From contig CAZGYV010000003.1 in NCBI GenBank assembly GCA_964530725.1, positions 9,744-73,743 of the forward strand: a stretch of DNA of 64,000 nt. The letters run 5' to 3'. This stretch comes from an uncultured Candidatus Saccharibacteria bacterium (GTDB taxonomy: Bacteria; Patescibacteriota; Saccharimonadia; CAILAD01; CAZGYV01). The position numbers and the translations under genes were made by a program. The notes beneath the pieces are model-generated. The model was given only the letters and a program-made list of their open reading frames with translations, was not told the origin of the DNA and searched no databases. Below, one piece after another: positions 33,191 to 43,326 of the stretch (within the stretch, counting starts at the first letter, position 1; each line of letters opens with the position of its first letter).

Positions 33191-36013
33191 ATGGTAAAAA
33201 AAATACGCCCCCGTTCAAATTTGCGCCGCCATGTTCGACGTGCCGGAACTGCATCGACTGTGAAAGCACACGGTATCGCCCGCTTTCATCCGAAGAACGT
33301 TTGGGCATATCTAACAAGTCGACGAGGCTTACGTGCGATGGCGATTGCGGCTGGAGTTGGTCTAGCTACGATTGTCGGCGTGTTTTTGTGGTTCGCCAAA
33401 GACCTGCCCAGTCCAAATAAAATCAATGCTCGCGTCTCGGCCCAGACAACCAAGCTTTATGATCGTACCGGCCAGAAGGTTTTAGTCGAAATATACGGTG
33501 ACAAAAACCGTAGCCTGATCGAGTTTGATCAAATGCCAAAATCAGTTAAGGACGCGACCGTCGCGATCGAAGACAAGGATTTTTACAAACATGGCGCCTT
33601 TAGTGTCTTCGGTATTGCCCGAGCTTTTTCTGGCATTATCTTTCGCGACCCAAGCCGCGGCGGCGGTTCGACTATCACCCAACAGTACGTCAAAAATGCC
33701 CTCTTGACCGGCGAACGCAGTTATGCTCGCAAGATTAAAGAATTAATTTTAGCAATTGAGATCGAGCAACTATATAAAAAGGAGGACATTCTCAAGCTAT
33801 ACCTGAACGAAATACCCTACGGCTCGACCGCTTACGGTATCCAAGCCGCCGCTAAAACCTATTTCAATAAGGATGCCAAAGACCTGACCCTGGCTCAATC
33901 CGCCATGCTAGCCGCCATGCCGCAGGCTCCGAGCTATTACTCGCCCTATGGCCAACACCGCGACGCGCTAGTCGCCCGCCAGCACAAGGTACTCGAGAAA
34001 ATGGCGGAGCAAAAATACATCACCGCCGAGGAAGCTGATGCCGCTGCCAAAGAGGATGTTTTTGCCCAGCTAGTACCGTATCGCCCTTACGCCAATGTAA
34101 CCGCGCCGCACTTCGTGCAATACATTCGGGAAATCCTAGAAGACAAATATGGTGTCAAGCAAACCAACGAGGGCGGCCTAAAGGTTATCACTAGCATTGA
34201 TTTAGACAAGCAAAAATTAGCCGAGGAAGCCGTTTCGAAGAACATGAGCTCGGTTAAGCGCTTTGGCGGTAGCAATGCTGCTCTAGTGTCAGCCGATCCC
34301 GCCACCGGCGAAGTGCTGGCCATGGTCGGCAGCTACGATTATGCTGATGATAAATTCGGCACCTTCAATGTGGCAGTCGCCGAAAGGCAACCGGGCTCTA
34401 GCTTTAAACCCATTACCTACGCTAGCCTTTTCAAGAAAAATTATGGCGCCGGCACCACACTATACGATGTCACGACTGATTTTGGCGCTGGCTATAAACC
34501 CAAAAACTACACTAATCGCACCTACGGAGTGCAATCGGTGCGCACTAGCCTAGCATCTTCGCTGAATATTCCAGCCGTTAAGGCACTGTATTTGGCTGGC
34601 GTACCGGAATCAATTAGCACCGCTAAGGACATGGGCATTACCACGCTCGATAGATCGGCCGACAACTATGGCTTAAGCCTCACCCTGGGATCAGGCGAGA
34701 TCAAGCTGACTGAGATGGTTAACGCCTACAGTGTTTTTCCAAGTGGAGGTCAACACAGAAAACCCGTCTACGTCATGAAAGTCACCGATCCAACCGGTAA
34801 AGTGCTGGAAGAAAACAAGCCTGATAGTAATCGCCCCAAACAGGCCCTCGATCCCCAAATTGCCTACATGATCAGCAATATTTTATCTGATAACAACGCC
34901 CGCTCGGCTCTCGGTGTATTCCCGCGCAACAATCCTTTGACACTTGGCAATCGACCAGTCGCCGCCAAGACCGGCACTACCGAGGACTATAAAGACGCCT
35001 GGACAATGGGCTATACCACCAAGCTCGTCACTGGCGTCTGGGCCGGAAATAATAATAACACCCCGATGTCGCAATCAGCTTCAATTGTTTCGGCCCCGAT
35101 TTGGCATGACTATATGTTAGCTGCCACCAAAAATGATCCGATTGAGCAATTCAAACGTCCAGCCGGTATCAAGGAAGTTGAGATTGACGCTCAGACCGGC
35201 AGTGCTGTGACAACCTCGACTAAGCAGAAACGAACTGATATATTTCCAGCCTGGTACAAAGTGCCGGTAGCTCGTGATTCGGCGACTGGTAAAATCGATA
35301 AAGTCTCCAAGAAACTGGCTACCGACTGCACACCGCCCGATGCCATAGAGACTGTCACAGCCTCGGCTATGCACGCCGAAATACCAGCGACCGATCTTGC
35401 CTACAAACGCTGGGAGCCACCGGTAGCTGCCCTGGCCAAAAGCTTAGGCTATAGCGGCGGCGGCACTCTGCCAACAGAAAAAGACGATGCCCACAGCTGT
35501 AGTGACGCCAAGCCGTCGGTATCATTAAGTGTTTCACCTAGTACTGGCACGACCTTCACGCTGACAGCCACCGTTACTGCCGGTAAATTCACGCCTTCGA
35601 CGATTACCTACCTTATCGACGGCAGTGAAATCAGCACCCAAAATATAGGCGGAGGCGGTGTCTTTACTGTCAGTCACACCCCGCCGGCTGGCAATCATAG
35701 TTATAGCGTGCGAGTCGTTGATAGTGGTTACTATACGGCTACCAGCAATGCGGCTCTAGTAAATGCTACGACCGCCTCGGCACCAGCCCCTACCGTATCA
35801 ATAAGTTGTGGTGGAGCGAACTGTAGCGTCAGTGCCGCTGTGGCCGGTGCTAGTCTTAAGTCAATCGAAGTCTTTTATAACAATATATCGCAAGGAAAGC
35901 GGACGAGTGGCAACCTGGCCAACACCCTCTGGGGTAGCTGGTACAGTGGTTTAAGCGCGCGAGCCGTCGCAACGGACAATAACGGCCTAGAAGGCAGTGA
36001 CACCTACCCTTAA
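33191..36013 (+). CDS. class A penicillin-binding protein (PBP1A-type transglycosylase/transpeptidase) with C-terminal tandem Ig-like repeats
   Basis: N-terminal TM, GT51 motifs (EDKDFYKHGAF, GGSTITQQ, RKIKE), transpeptidase SSFK, SLN and KTGTT motifs, then roughly 250 aa of Ser/Thr-rich Ig-like repeats. The TTG/alternative start is per the ORF track. Confidence 0.9.
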   Translation: MVKKIRPRSNLRRHVRRAGTASTVKAHGIARFHPKNVWAYLTSRRGLRAMAIAAGVGLATIVGVFLWFAKDLPSPNKINARVSAQTTKLYDRTGQKVLVEIYGDKNRSLIEFDQMPKSVKDATVAIEDKDFYKHGAFSVFGIARAFSGIIFRDPSRGGGSTITQQYVKNALLTGERSYARKIKELILAIEIEQLYKKEDILKLYLNEIPYGSTAYGIQAAAKTYFNKDAKDLTLAQSAMLAAMPQAPSYYSPYGQHRDALVARQHKVLEKMAEQKYITAEEADAAAKEDVFAQLVPYRPYANVTAPHFVQYIREILEDKYGVKQTNEGGLKVITSIDLDKQKLAEEAVSKNMSSVKRFGGSNAALVSADPATGEVLAMVGSYDYADDKFGTFNVAVAERQPGSSFKPITYASLFKKNYGAGTTLYDVTTDFGAGYKPKNYTNRTYGVQSVRTSLASSLNIPAVKALYLAGVPESISTAKDMGITTLDRSADNYGLSLTLGSGEIKLTEMVNAYSVFPSGGQHRKPVYVMKVTDPTGKVLEENKPDSNRPKQALDPQIAYMISNILSDNNARSALGVFPRNNPLTLGNRPVAAKTGTTEDYKDAWTMGYTTKLVTGVWAGNNNNTPMSQSASIVSAPIWHDYMLAATKNDPIEQFKRPAGIKEVEIDAQTGSAVTTSTKQKRTDIFPAWYKVPVARDSATGKIDKVSKKLATDCTPPDAIETVTASAMHAEIPATDLAYKRWEPPVAALAKSLGYSGGGTLPTEKDDAHSCSDAKPSVSLSVSPSTGTTFTLTATVTAGKFTPSTITYLIDGSEISTQNIGGGGVFTVSHTPPAGNHSYSVRVVDSGYYTATSNAALVNATTASAPAPTVSISCGGANCSVSAAVAGASLKSIEVFYNNISQGKRTSGNLANTLWGSWYSGLSARAVATDNNGLEGSDTYP

Positions 36014-36032
36014 AACTTAAGGATCTAAAATC

Positions 36033-37016
36033 CTACTTGGCTGGTTTTGAAGCAGTCCGCACTCGGCGATGGTTTTTACCATTAGCAGGCTTGCCGTTAG
36101 TGCTTTTTTGAGCCGCGAAAATCATTTTGCCAGCCACCGTCTGGAAGATACGAGTAACTTCAGTTGTAATCTCCTGGCCTATCAATTTATCACCATTCTC
36201 AACTACAATCATAGTGCCATCCGGAAGATAGCCGACACCTTGATTTTTCTCCTTGCCAGCCTGGACCACTTTTACGACCAACTCTTCACCTGGCAGCACG
36301 ACTGCCCGAATGGCGTTTGCCAACTCATTAATATTTAACACATGAACACTCTCGATTGTCGCCACGCGATTGAGGTTGTAATCGGTCGTGAGAATATTGG
36401 TGTGATGCTTCTTAGCCAAATAAACCAGCTTGTGATCGACCTCTTTAACATTGGCTGGATCCTCTTCGTCAATATCAACTTCGACTAGCTCGTTTTGCCG
36501 TAGCATATTGAGCACCTCCAGCCCTCGACGGCCTCGGCTGCGCCGCATCGCGTCATCGCTATCGGCAATATTTTGCAACTCCGCCAAGACAAACCGCGGC
36601 ACTAAAAGCTTGCCGGGAACAAAACCAGTTTTAACAATATCAGCAATACGCCCATCAATAATTGCCGAGGTATCAACTAAGATGCGATTGCTTGCTGTCG
36701 CCGTGTCACTGCTTTTTGCCACTTTCTTAGTCGTACTGCGTAGTAGTTTGGGGAGAAGCGGCTCGATTGCCTTGTATTGTATCAACGCCACAGTCACGAA
36801 AGCTATCACCACGATAGCCGTCACCACTGTCGGTAAAACATTGCCATATATGCCCGGCAACTTATTAAGCGGCACACTCAAGAGAGCACCGATTGAACAA
36901 CCGACGATCAGTCCGACTACAACCAATATGAGCTTTTGAAATGTTAGCTGTGTCAGCTTAATCGCGGCGTAAATAGCTACGACAACCGCCAGGGCAATAA
37001 TTGGGATGATATACAT
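36033..37016 (-). CDS. yacL: membrane-anchored PIN + TRAM domain protein (YacL-like)
   Basis: N-terminal TM helices, a PIN-like core (ILVDTSAIIDGRI...LAELQ) and a C-terminal TRAM-like beta-barrel. It lies downstream of radA as in Firmicutes. Confidence 0.75.
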   Translation of the reverse strand: MYIIPIIALAVVVAIYAAIKLTQLTFQKLILVVVGLIVGCSIGALLSVPLNKLPGIYGNVLPTVVTAIVVIAFVTVALIQYKAIEPLLPKLLRSTTKKVAKSSDTATASNRILVDTSAIIDGRIADIVKTGFVPGKLLVPRFVLAELQNIADSDDAMRRSRGRRGLEVLNMLRQNELVEVDIDEEDPANVKEVDHKLVYLAKKHHTNILTTDYNLNRVATIESVHVLNINELANAIRAVVLPGEELVVKVVQAGKEKNQGVGYLPDGTMIVVENGDKLIGQEITTEVTRIFQTVAGKMIFAAQKSTNGKPANGKNHRRVRTASKPAK

Positions 37017-37024
37017 ATAAGTCC

Positions 37025-38353
37025 TTATTTGATTTTATTTATAGCTTCGGTGATTGTACTGACCCGTGTCACACCAGCACCCTTGCAACTAGGCGGAGTG
37101 ATGGCTTGAGTAAATTCAAGCTTCTTAGCCTCCGTCAGCCGACGATCGGACATTGTCACTGATCGAATTTCACCGCTCAAACCAACCTCGCCAAACGCGG
37201 TTAGGTTTTTTGGTAATGGCTTATTATAAAATGCTGAGGCGACTGCCAAGATAATTGCTAAATCAACGGCTGGCTCACTAACCTTGATACCGCCTATGAT
37301 ATTAACATATATATCAGATGAACTCAAATTGATATTGGCCCGCTTGGTCATGACCGCGGCTAGGACATTAAGTCGATTCAAGTCAACGCCGGCGGCAGTT
37401 CGTTTGGGATAGCCAAAGACTGACGGCGAAACGAGCGCTTGCACTTCAACTAGGATTGGCCGACTGCCCTCAATCGCCGGAAAAATTATACTGCCCGGCA
37501 AGTCCTGACGCTCCGCCAAGAGCATCGCAGAGGGATCTGCCACCTCAGATAAGCCCTTATCGGTCATCTCAAAGATACCAACTTCGCTAGTCGAGCCAAA
37601 CCGATTCTTGACAGTATTCAAAATCTTAAGCTGGCCGTAACGCTCGCCCTGTAAGTACAGGACCGTGTCGACTAAATGCTCTAACAGCTTCGGTCCGGCC
37701 AGATTGCCTTCCTTAGTAACATGTCCAATAATTACAAAGGTTGTCTGGGTGCTTTTGGCGACCTGCAAGATGCGATTGGTGTTATTGGTGATCTGACTGA
37801 TGGTGCCCGGTGCAGCCGCCAGACCAACCGAAGACATCGTTTGAATCGAGTCCACGATTATCATGTCATATTCACCGCCCTGAGCCTGTGCCAGAACCTG
37901 ATCAATATCGGTAGAGCTCAGGAAATCAAAGGCAAGTTTAGCATCTCCACCAAACATGCGATCAGCTCGCATTTTAATTTGTTGTGCCGACTCTTCGCCG
38001 CTGACGTAAAGCACCTTCTTGCTCGCCTGAGTGAGATTGAAGGCCAACTGCAATACTAAGGTTGACTTACCTATCCCCGGATCACCCGAGAGCAATACCA
38101 GCGAGCCGGCTACAAAACCGCCGCCCAAAACTAGATCGACTTCAGCAAGACCACTCGGCAGCCGGTTGGCCGCTTGAACCTTGACCTCATCAAGCGATTC
38201 TAGCGTCAGTCTTGTCGGCAGCTTGGCTGTAGCCTGGCTAGTGGCTACTTCGACCAGACTATCCCAAGCTCCGCATGACAAGCACCGCCCACTCCATTTT
38301 GCAAAACTACTGCCACAAGATTGACAGACAAATTGCGCAGTAGTCTTTGCCAT
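37025..38353 (-). CDS. radA: DNA repair protein RadA/Sms
   Basis: N-terminal C4 zinc finger (CQSCGSSFAKWSGRCLSCGAW), Walker A GDPGIGKST, KNRFG motif and Lon-like C-terminal domain. Confidence 0.95.
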   Translation of the reverse strand: MAKTTAQFVCQSCGSSFAKWSGRCLSCGAWDSLVEVATSQATAKLPTRLTLESLDEVKVQAANRLPSGLAEVDLVLGGGFVAGSLVLLSGDPGIGKSTLVLQLAFNLTQASKKVLYVSGEESAQQIKMRADRMFGGDAKLAFDFLSSTDIDQVLAQAQGGEYDMIIVDSIQTMSSVGLAAAPGTISQITNNTNRILQVAKSTQTTFVIIGHVTKEGNLAGPKLLEHLVDTVLYLQGERYGQLKILNTVKNRFGSTSEVGIFEMTDKGLSEVADPSAMLLAERQDLPGSIIFPAIEGSRPILVEVQALVSPSVFGYPKRTAAGVDLNRLNVLAAVMTKRANINLSSSDIYVNIIGGIKVSEPAVDLAIILAVASAFYNKPLPKNLTAFGEVGLSGEIRSVTMSDRRLTEAKKLEFTQAITPPSCKGAGVTRVSTITEAINKIK

Positions 38354-38354
38354 A

Positions 38355-40826
38355 TTATTTTGGTGATGGCGTCTTCAAAACCGCCTCTTGTCCCTTGGCG
38401 CTTACTTTCACTTCATCACCTGACTTAATACCAGCATCTAAAATAGCACTGGCCAGCTTATCTTCTATCATTGATTGGATAACTCGCCGCATCGGCCTGG
38501 CGCCCTGTTCGATGTCATAGCCCTTATCAATTAAGAGCTTCTTCAAACTAGGCGTGAAGCGAAGAACAATATTTTTGTCCTTAAGCCGAGTCGCTAGCTG
38601 AGCCAATTGCAGGTCAACGATTTGCTTCACATCAAGACGCGACAGCGCCTTAAAGACCACGATGTGGTCAATACGATTGAGAAACTCCGGCCGAAATGCC
38701 TTTTTGAGCTCTGTATTGATAGTTGATTTCATGGTTTCATGCATAGCTTCGAGCTGGCGCTCCTGATCTTTGGTGGCAGTCTTAAAGCCCAAACGCGCCT
38801 CTTGATAAAGCGACTTAGCACCGACATTGCTGGTCATAATGATTATAGTATTGCGAAAATCAACTTTTCTGCCCTTGGCATCGGTCAAATAGCCATCCTC
38901 CAGTACCTGCAATAGCATATTGAAAACATCGGGGTGAGCTTTTTCAATCTCGTCAAATAAGATCAGGCTGTACGGCTTGCGCCTGACTTTTTCCGTTAAT
39001 TGGCCGCCCTCGTCGAAGCCGACGTAGCCAGCCGGCGCTCCTACTAAGCGCGCCACATTGTGTTTTTCCATGAATTCGCTCATATCAACCTTAATCATGG
39101 CATCGGCGTCATGGAAGATTTCCTGCGACAAAACTCTAGCTAGCTCAGTCTTGCCAACACCAGTTGGCCCTAAGAAGATAAACGAACCAATCGGCCGATT
39201 AATATCAGCGATGCCAGTCCGGCTGCGCCGAATCGAACGGGCGATGGCCTCAACCGCCTCATCCTGACCGATAACCTTGGATTTGAGAGAAGCTTCTAGC
39301 TTGATCAAGCTATCGGTCTCTAGCTTGATTAGCTTAGTCAAAGGCACGCCAGTTGTCTGACTGACAACCATGGCAATATCATCGGCATTAATGCCAATGC
39401 GAGCACTTGCTTGATCGCGTGAGACTTGCGCTTGAATTTTTTCTTCCAGCACGCTAGCTTCTGACTTGAGGCGGGCGGCGTACTCGAAATCTTGATTATA
39501 AACCGCCTCGTCAATCTGCTGCACGACATCAGTCAGCTGGTTTTGCATACTTTTTAGCTTCTTGCTGGTGCCGCCGCGCTTAATACGAGCCAAACTAGCC
39601 GCCTCATCAATCAAATCAATTGCCTTATCCGGCAAAAACCGGTCGGCAATATAACGCTTAGCGAGTTTGGCTGCTTGCTCGATTGCTTCATCGCTAATTT
39701 CAACTTGGTGAAAATCTTGATATTTATGGCGAATGCCCTTTAATACGGCAATCGTTTCATCGACGGTCGCCTCCGGCACTATAATAGGTTGGAAGCGGCG
39801 CTCAAGGGCGCTATCTTTCTCGATATGTTTGCGATATTCATCAAGCGTCGTCGCGCCAATGGTCTGAACCTCACCACGCGAGAGGGCAGGTTTGAGAATA
39901 TTAGCCGCGTCAATCGCGCCTTCGGCCGAGCCAGCCCCAACTACGGTATGCAGCTCATCAATAAAAAGAATGACATCTTTATTATTCTTGACCTCATCGA
40001 TAAGCTTTTTGAGTCGCTCCTCAAATTCACCGCGATACTTAGTGCCAGCGATCACACTAGCCAGGTCAAGCATGACAATACGTTTTCCGCTCAGCATATC
40101 GGGCACATCATCAGCCACGATTCGCGCCGCCAAGCCTTCGACAATAGCAGTCTTACCAACTCCAGGCTCACCAATTAAAACTGGGTTATTTTTGGTTCGA
40201 CGATTCAGGATTGAGATCATGCGTGAAATCTGCTCACTACGACCGACTAGCGGGTCGAGCAGGTCGCCCTTGGCCTTAACGGTCAAATCAATACCAAAAT
40301 GATCAAGGGCTGGAGTCTTGGAGTTTTTGTTAGATTTTTTAGCGGTCTGCGAGGTAGACTCGTGATAGGCATAGGACTGAGAATTGAGATAATTTTCTAA
40401 TTCGCCACGTACCGAGCTGGGACTAATTTTGATCTCACGCAGCAGAGCATTGGCGCGAGCATTTTTTTGGCTCAAAATAGCGAATAAAATATGCTCTGTG
40501 CCGGCAAATGGCTGACCAAATTCCTGAGCAACACGCAAAGCTAGAGTGATAGTTTTTTTAGCCGTCTCACTTAATGCTTGTGGCCGCAAAACCCGACCGC
40601 CATTTGTTGTTGTCACGCTCAGACTTAACTTGTCTAGCGATACGCCATATTCGGTCAGAACTCTAGCCCCAATCGAACTGTTTTGCTTCAAAACGCCCAT
40701 GAGCAAATGTTCGGTGCCAATATAGCTGGCTCCCAGGCCGCCAGCCAACTGGCCGGCATACTGCAAGCTACGCTTGGCGTTTTCGGTAAAACGATCAAAT
40801 TGAGCTAAAAAGTCATCTGTACTCAT
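38355..40826 (-). CDS. clpC: ATP-dependent Clp protease ATP-binding subunit ClpC
   Basis: Two Clp-N repeats, two AAA+ modules (GEPGVGKT, GPTGVGKT), and a UVR-like middle domain; 823 aa. Confidence 0.9.
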   Translation of the reverse strand: MSTDDFLAQFDRFTENAKRSLQYAGQLAGGLGASYIGTEHLLMGVLKQNSSIGARVLTEYGVSLDKLSLSVTTTNGGRVLRPQALSETAKKTITLALRVAQEFGQPFAGTEHILFAILSQKNARANALLREIKISPSSVRGELENYLNSQSYAYHESTSQTAKKSNKNSKTPALDHFGIDLTVKAKGDLLDPLVGRSEQISRMISILNRRTKNNPVLIGEPGVGKTAIVEGLAARIVADDVPDMLSGKRIVMLDLASVIAGTKYRGEFEERLKKLIDEVKNNKDVILFIDELHTVVGAGSAEGAIDAANILKPALSRGEVQTIGATTLDEYRKHIEKDSALERRFQPIIVPEATVDETIAVLKGIRHKYQDFHQVEISDEAIEQAAKLAKRYIADRFLPDKAIDLIDEAASLARIKRGGTSKKLKSMQNQLTDVVQQIDEAVYNQDFEYAARLKSEASVLEEKIQAQVSRDQASARIGINADDIAMVVSQTTGVPLTKLIKLETDSLIKLEASLKSKVIGQDEAVEAIARSIRRSRTGIADINRPIGSFIFLGPTGVGKTELARVLSQEIFHDADAMIKVDMSEFMEKHNVARLVGAPAGYVGFDEGGQLTEKVRRKPYSLILFDEIEKAHPDVFNMLLQVLEDGYLTDAKGRKVDFRNTIIIMTSNVGAKSLYQEARLGFKTATKDQERQLEAMHETMKSTINTELKKAFRPEFLNRIDHIVVFKALSRLDVKQIVDLQLAQLATRLKDKNIVLRFTPSLKKLLIDKGYDIEQGARPMRRVIQSMIEDKLASAILDAGIKSGDEVKVSAKGQEAVLKTPSPK

Positions 40827-40888
40827 AATATTCCCCTCTATTCAATATTAACAAAATAACTGGAAAATACCAAACAAAATTCGAAAGT

Positions 40889-42106
40889 TTATTTTTGAGC
40901 TTCTTTGCTAATTTCTGTTGTGTCGGCTTCTGATTCTGTGGCGGATGAATCCTTATCATCACCCTGAGATTCGGCTTCATCATCAGCGCTGGTTGCTGCG
41001 ATCAGTGAGTCTTCAAGGTCAACTTTTTCTTTTTTAGGTTGGCTTTCGACAGCCGCAGCCGCTTCTTCGACGTGAGCCTCATCAGCGCCATCAATATCAA
41101 CGTTCCAGCCAGTTAGCTTGGCAGCCAAGCGGACGTTTTGTCCATGTTTACCAATCGCCAGACTTAGCTGATCTTCAGGCACCTTAACCAAAGCTCTTTT
41201 GTCATCTTCATCAATTTTCACATTGATAACTTTGGTTGGCGAAAGGGCATTAGCAATATAGACTTTTGGATCTTCCGAGTAAGGTATGATGTCAATCTTC
41301 TCTTCGGCCAAATCAGCCATCACTGCTTGTACGCGAGTACCGCGACCGCCGACAAAGGTGCCAACCGCATCAACTCCCTCGACATTGGATTTGACGGCCA
41401 GCTTGGTTCGATTGCCAGCTTCGCGCGCGACATTAACAATCTCGACCGTACCGGTAGCCATTTCCGGCACTTCCATTTCGAATAGCTTTTTGATCATATT
41501 TGAGTGCGATCGGCTGACCACCACCTGTGGTCCACGAGCAGTCTGCTCAACTCGGACAACATAAACCTTGAGACGTTGGCCAGGATAATATTGCTCCTGG
41601 TGGATTTGTTCGCCCGAGAACATAATACCAACCGCTTTACCAAGATCGATAAAGACGTTATTGCCCTCAACCCGCTGCACCACACCATTTAAAATACTAT
41701 CAACTTTGTCTTGATATTCATTAAAGACCACATCGCGCTCAGCCTCACGAATACGTTGAATGATGACTTGCTTGGCAGTCTGAGCAGCCACCCGGCCAAA
41801 ATCTTTGTTCAGATCTTCATACTCAATTTCATCACCCTCTTTGGCGTTTTTCTTGTAAACTTGAGCTTGCGCTACAGTCATCTGTAAGTGAGGATTTTCG
41901 ACTTCAGTAACAACTTCCTTGGTCACAAAAATACGCGCTTCGCCTGTCTGCTGGTCTAGCTCAGCTCGCACTTCCTGGTCTTTGTCGCCGTAGTCCTTTT
42001 TATAAGCTGCAATCAAGGCTTGCTCAACCGTTTCAAATACAATATCAACCGACAAACCTTTTTCTTCGCAGATTTGTTCGATCGCTGAAATAAACTGAGT
42101 ATTCAT
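40889..42106 (-). CDS. nusA: transcription termination/antitermination factor NusA (with acidic C-terminal tail)
   Basis: N-terminal domain, S1 and two KH domains (GxxG: IGKHGQN); 405 aa. Confidence 0.9.
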   Translation of the reverse strand: MNTQFISAIEQICEEKGLSVDIVFETVEQALIAAYKKDYGDKDQEVRAELDQQTGEARIFVTKEVVTEVENPHLQMTVAQAQVYKKNAKEGDEIEYEDLNKDFGRVAAQTAKQVIIQRIREAERDVVFNEYQDKVDSILNGVVQRVEGNNVFIDLGKAVGIMFSGEQIHQEQYYPGQRLKVYVVRVEQTARGPQVVVSRSHSNMIKKLFEMEVPEMATGTVEIVNVAREAGNRTKLAVKSNVEGVDAVGTFVGGRGTRVQAVMADLAEEKIDIIPYSEDPKVYIANALSPTKVINVKIDEDDKRALVKVPEDQLSLAIGKHGQNVRLAAKLTGWNVDIDGADEAHVEEAAAAVESQPKKEKVDLEDSLIAATSADDEAESQGDDKDSSATESEADTTEISKEAQK

Positions 42107-42258
42107 ATCTTTCCTTTCTTTCTTCTTAAGCTATCCCGTCTTCAATGCTTTGGAGTCAAAAAAAGCCGGGTCACTTAATTTAAGAACCGACTGATACAAC
42201 ATAATCGAGGATAGCCTTATTTTATCTCTCCTGAACTACCTTGTCAAGCATGGCAGCA

Positions 42259-42630
42259 TCAACAAAAGTCCGTAATACTTGAAACATATTTGATCGTCAT
42301 AGATTTCTTATTTTTCGCCGTCGTCAATGACGCCACGTCGAGGCTGACCTCATATTCTAAATAATTTGGATTTTCCGCTAGCCACATTTGCACCGCCCGA
42401 GTCAAACGCCCAATTTTATCACCACCAATAGACTCCAAGCCATCACCACAATCTACGTTTTGCCGATACTTAACCTCGACAAAACGCAACCGCTTGGCCC
42501 GAACGGCGATAATGTCCAGCTCGTAAAAACGAGTACGGACATTGCGGCCAATTATTTTGTAACCGCGAGCCTGCAATTTCGCCGCGGTCGCCTCTTCGGC
42601 TTGTTGGCCGATGGCCGTAGTATTGGTCAT
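42259..42630 (-). CDS. yraN: YraN-family (UPF0102) endonuclease
   Basis: The ORF track extends to 42756 with an implausible Trp-rich extension. The Met at 42630 gives the typical roughly 120-aa protein (AEEATAAKLQARGYKIIGRNVR...ELDIIA...FVEVKYR) and an ATGA overlap with rnhB. Confidence 0.7.
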   Translation of the reverse strand: MTNTTAIGQQAEEATAAKLQARGYKIIGRNVRTRFYELDIIAVRAKRLRFVEVKYRQNVDCGDGLESIGGDKIGRLTRAVQMWLAENPNYLEYEVSLDVASLTTAKNKKSMTIKYVSSITDFC

Positions 42631-43220
42631 CGCCCTACTCCAAAACTGTGGCGGTGCCAAGGGCTGGGGCCATAAGTTTCGATCGCCTTTCGATGGATCT
42701 CGGTGCCATAACCAACATGAGACCCAAAACCATATTCGGGGTAAATTTCGCCACAACCGCGCATCAGCTCGTCGCGGTAGACTTTGGCCACGATCGACGC
42801 GGCTGCTACACAGGCCACGTCTGCGTCAGCTTTAGCACGACAGATCACAAAATCTTCACCAATAGCATTATGAGTGCCATCTAAAATAGCAATGCTAAAT
42901 GGATGATCGAGCATCTCCAGCGCCCGTACGAAGGCCATCCGCAAAGCAATGCTCAGCCCAAATTGGTCAATTTCTACGTGACTCGCAGAGCCGACGCCAA
43001 AATCATCAGCACAAGCCAAAATATCATCGACTAGCAGGTTGCGGCGAGCACGGCTGAGTTTTTTCGAATCTTGCAAATTCAACTGGCAATTATTTGGCAA
43101 AACAACAGCGGCAGCTACCAGCGGCCCAGCTAGCGCGCCACGGCCAACTTCATCAATACCTACTATTACGGCGTGCCCGCTGGCGTGTAAATCAGATTCC
43201 ATCTCATAGTTAGCGTACAT
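42627..43220 (-). CDS. rnhB: ribonuclease HII
   Basis: VIVGIDEVGRGALAGPLVAAAVVL catalytic-site motif; 197 aa. The alternative start is Met7. Confidence 0.9.
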   Translation of the reverse strand: MYANYEMESDLHASGHAVIVGIDEVGRGALAGPLVAAAVVLPNNCQLNLQDSKKLSRARRNLLVDDILACADDFGVGSASHVEIDQFGLSIALRMAFVRALEMLDHPFSIAILDGTHNAIGEDFVICRAKADADVACVAAASIVAKVYRDELMRGCGEIYPEYGFGSHVGYGTEIHRKAIETYGPSPWHRHSFGVGR

Positions 43221-43285
43221 GTGGCTATTATATATTCAAGATTCGCTAAAATAAAACCAGACTCGGCTCAAGAACCATTCAAAAC

Positions 43286-43314
43286 TAAAAACCCGCCTGT
43301 AAAGACGGGTTTTG
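43286..43314 (-). terminator. intrinsic terminator downstream of rplS
   Basis: AAAAACCCG-loop-CGGGTTTTT perfect stem with U-tract on both strands, 13 nt after the rplS stop. Confidence 0.5.
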
Positions 43315-43326
43315 GTCTATTTTCGA

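Noticed and set aside
42631-42756. N-terminal 42-aa Trp-rich extension of the YraN ORF as given in the ORF track
   Set aside because: It overlaps the rnhB coding region in another frame, its composition is implausible, and the internal Met gives a canonical-length YraN with ATGA coupling.
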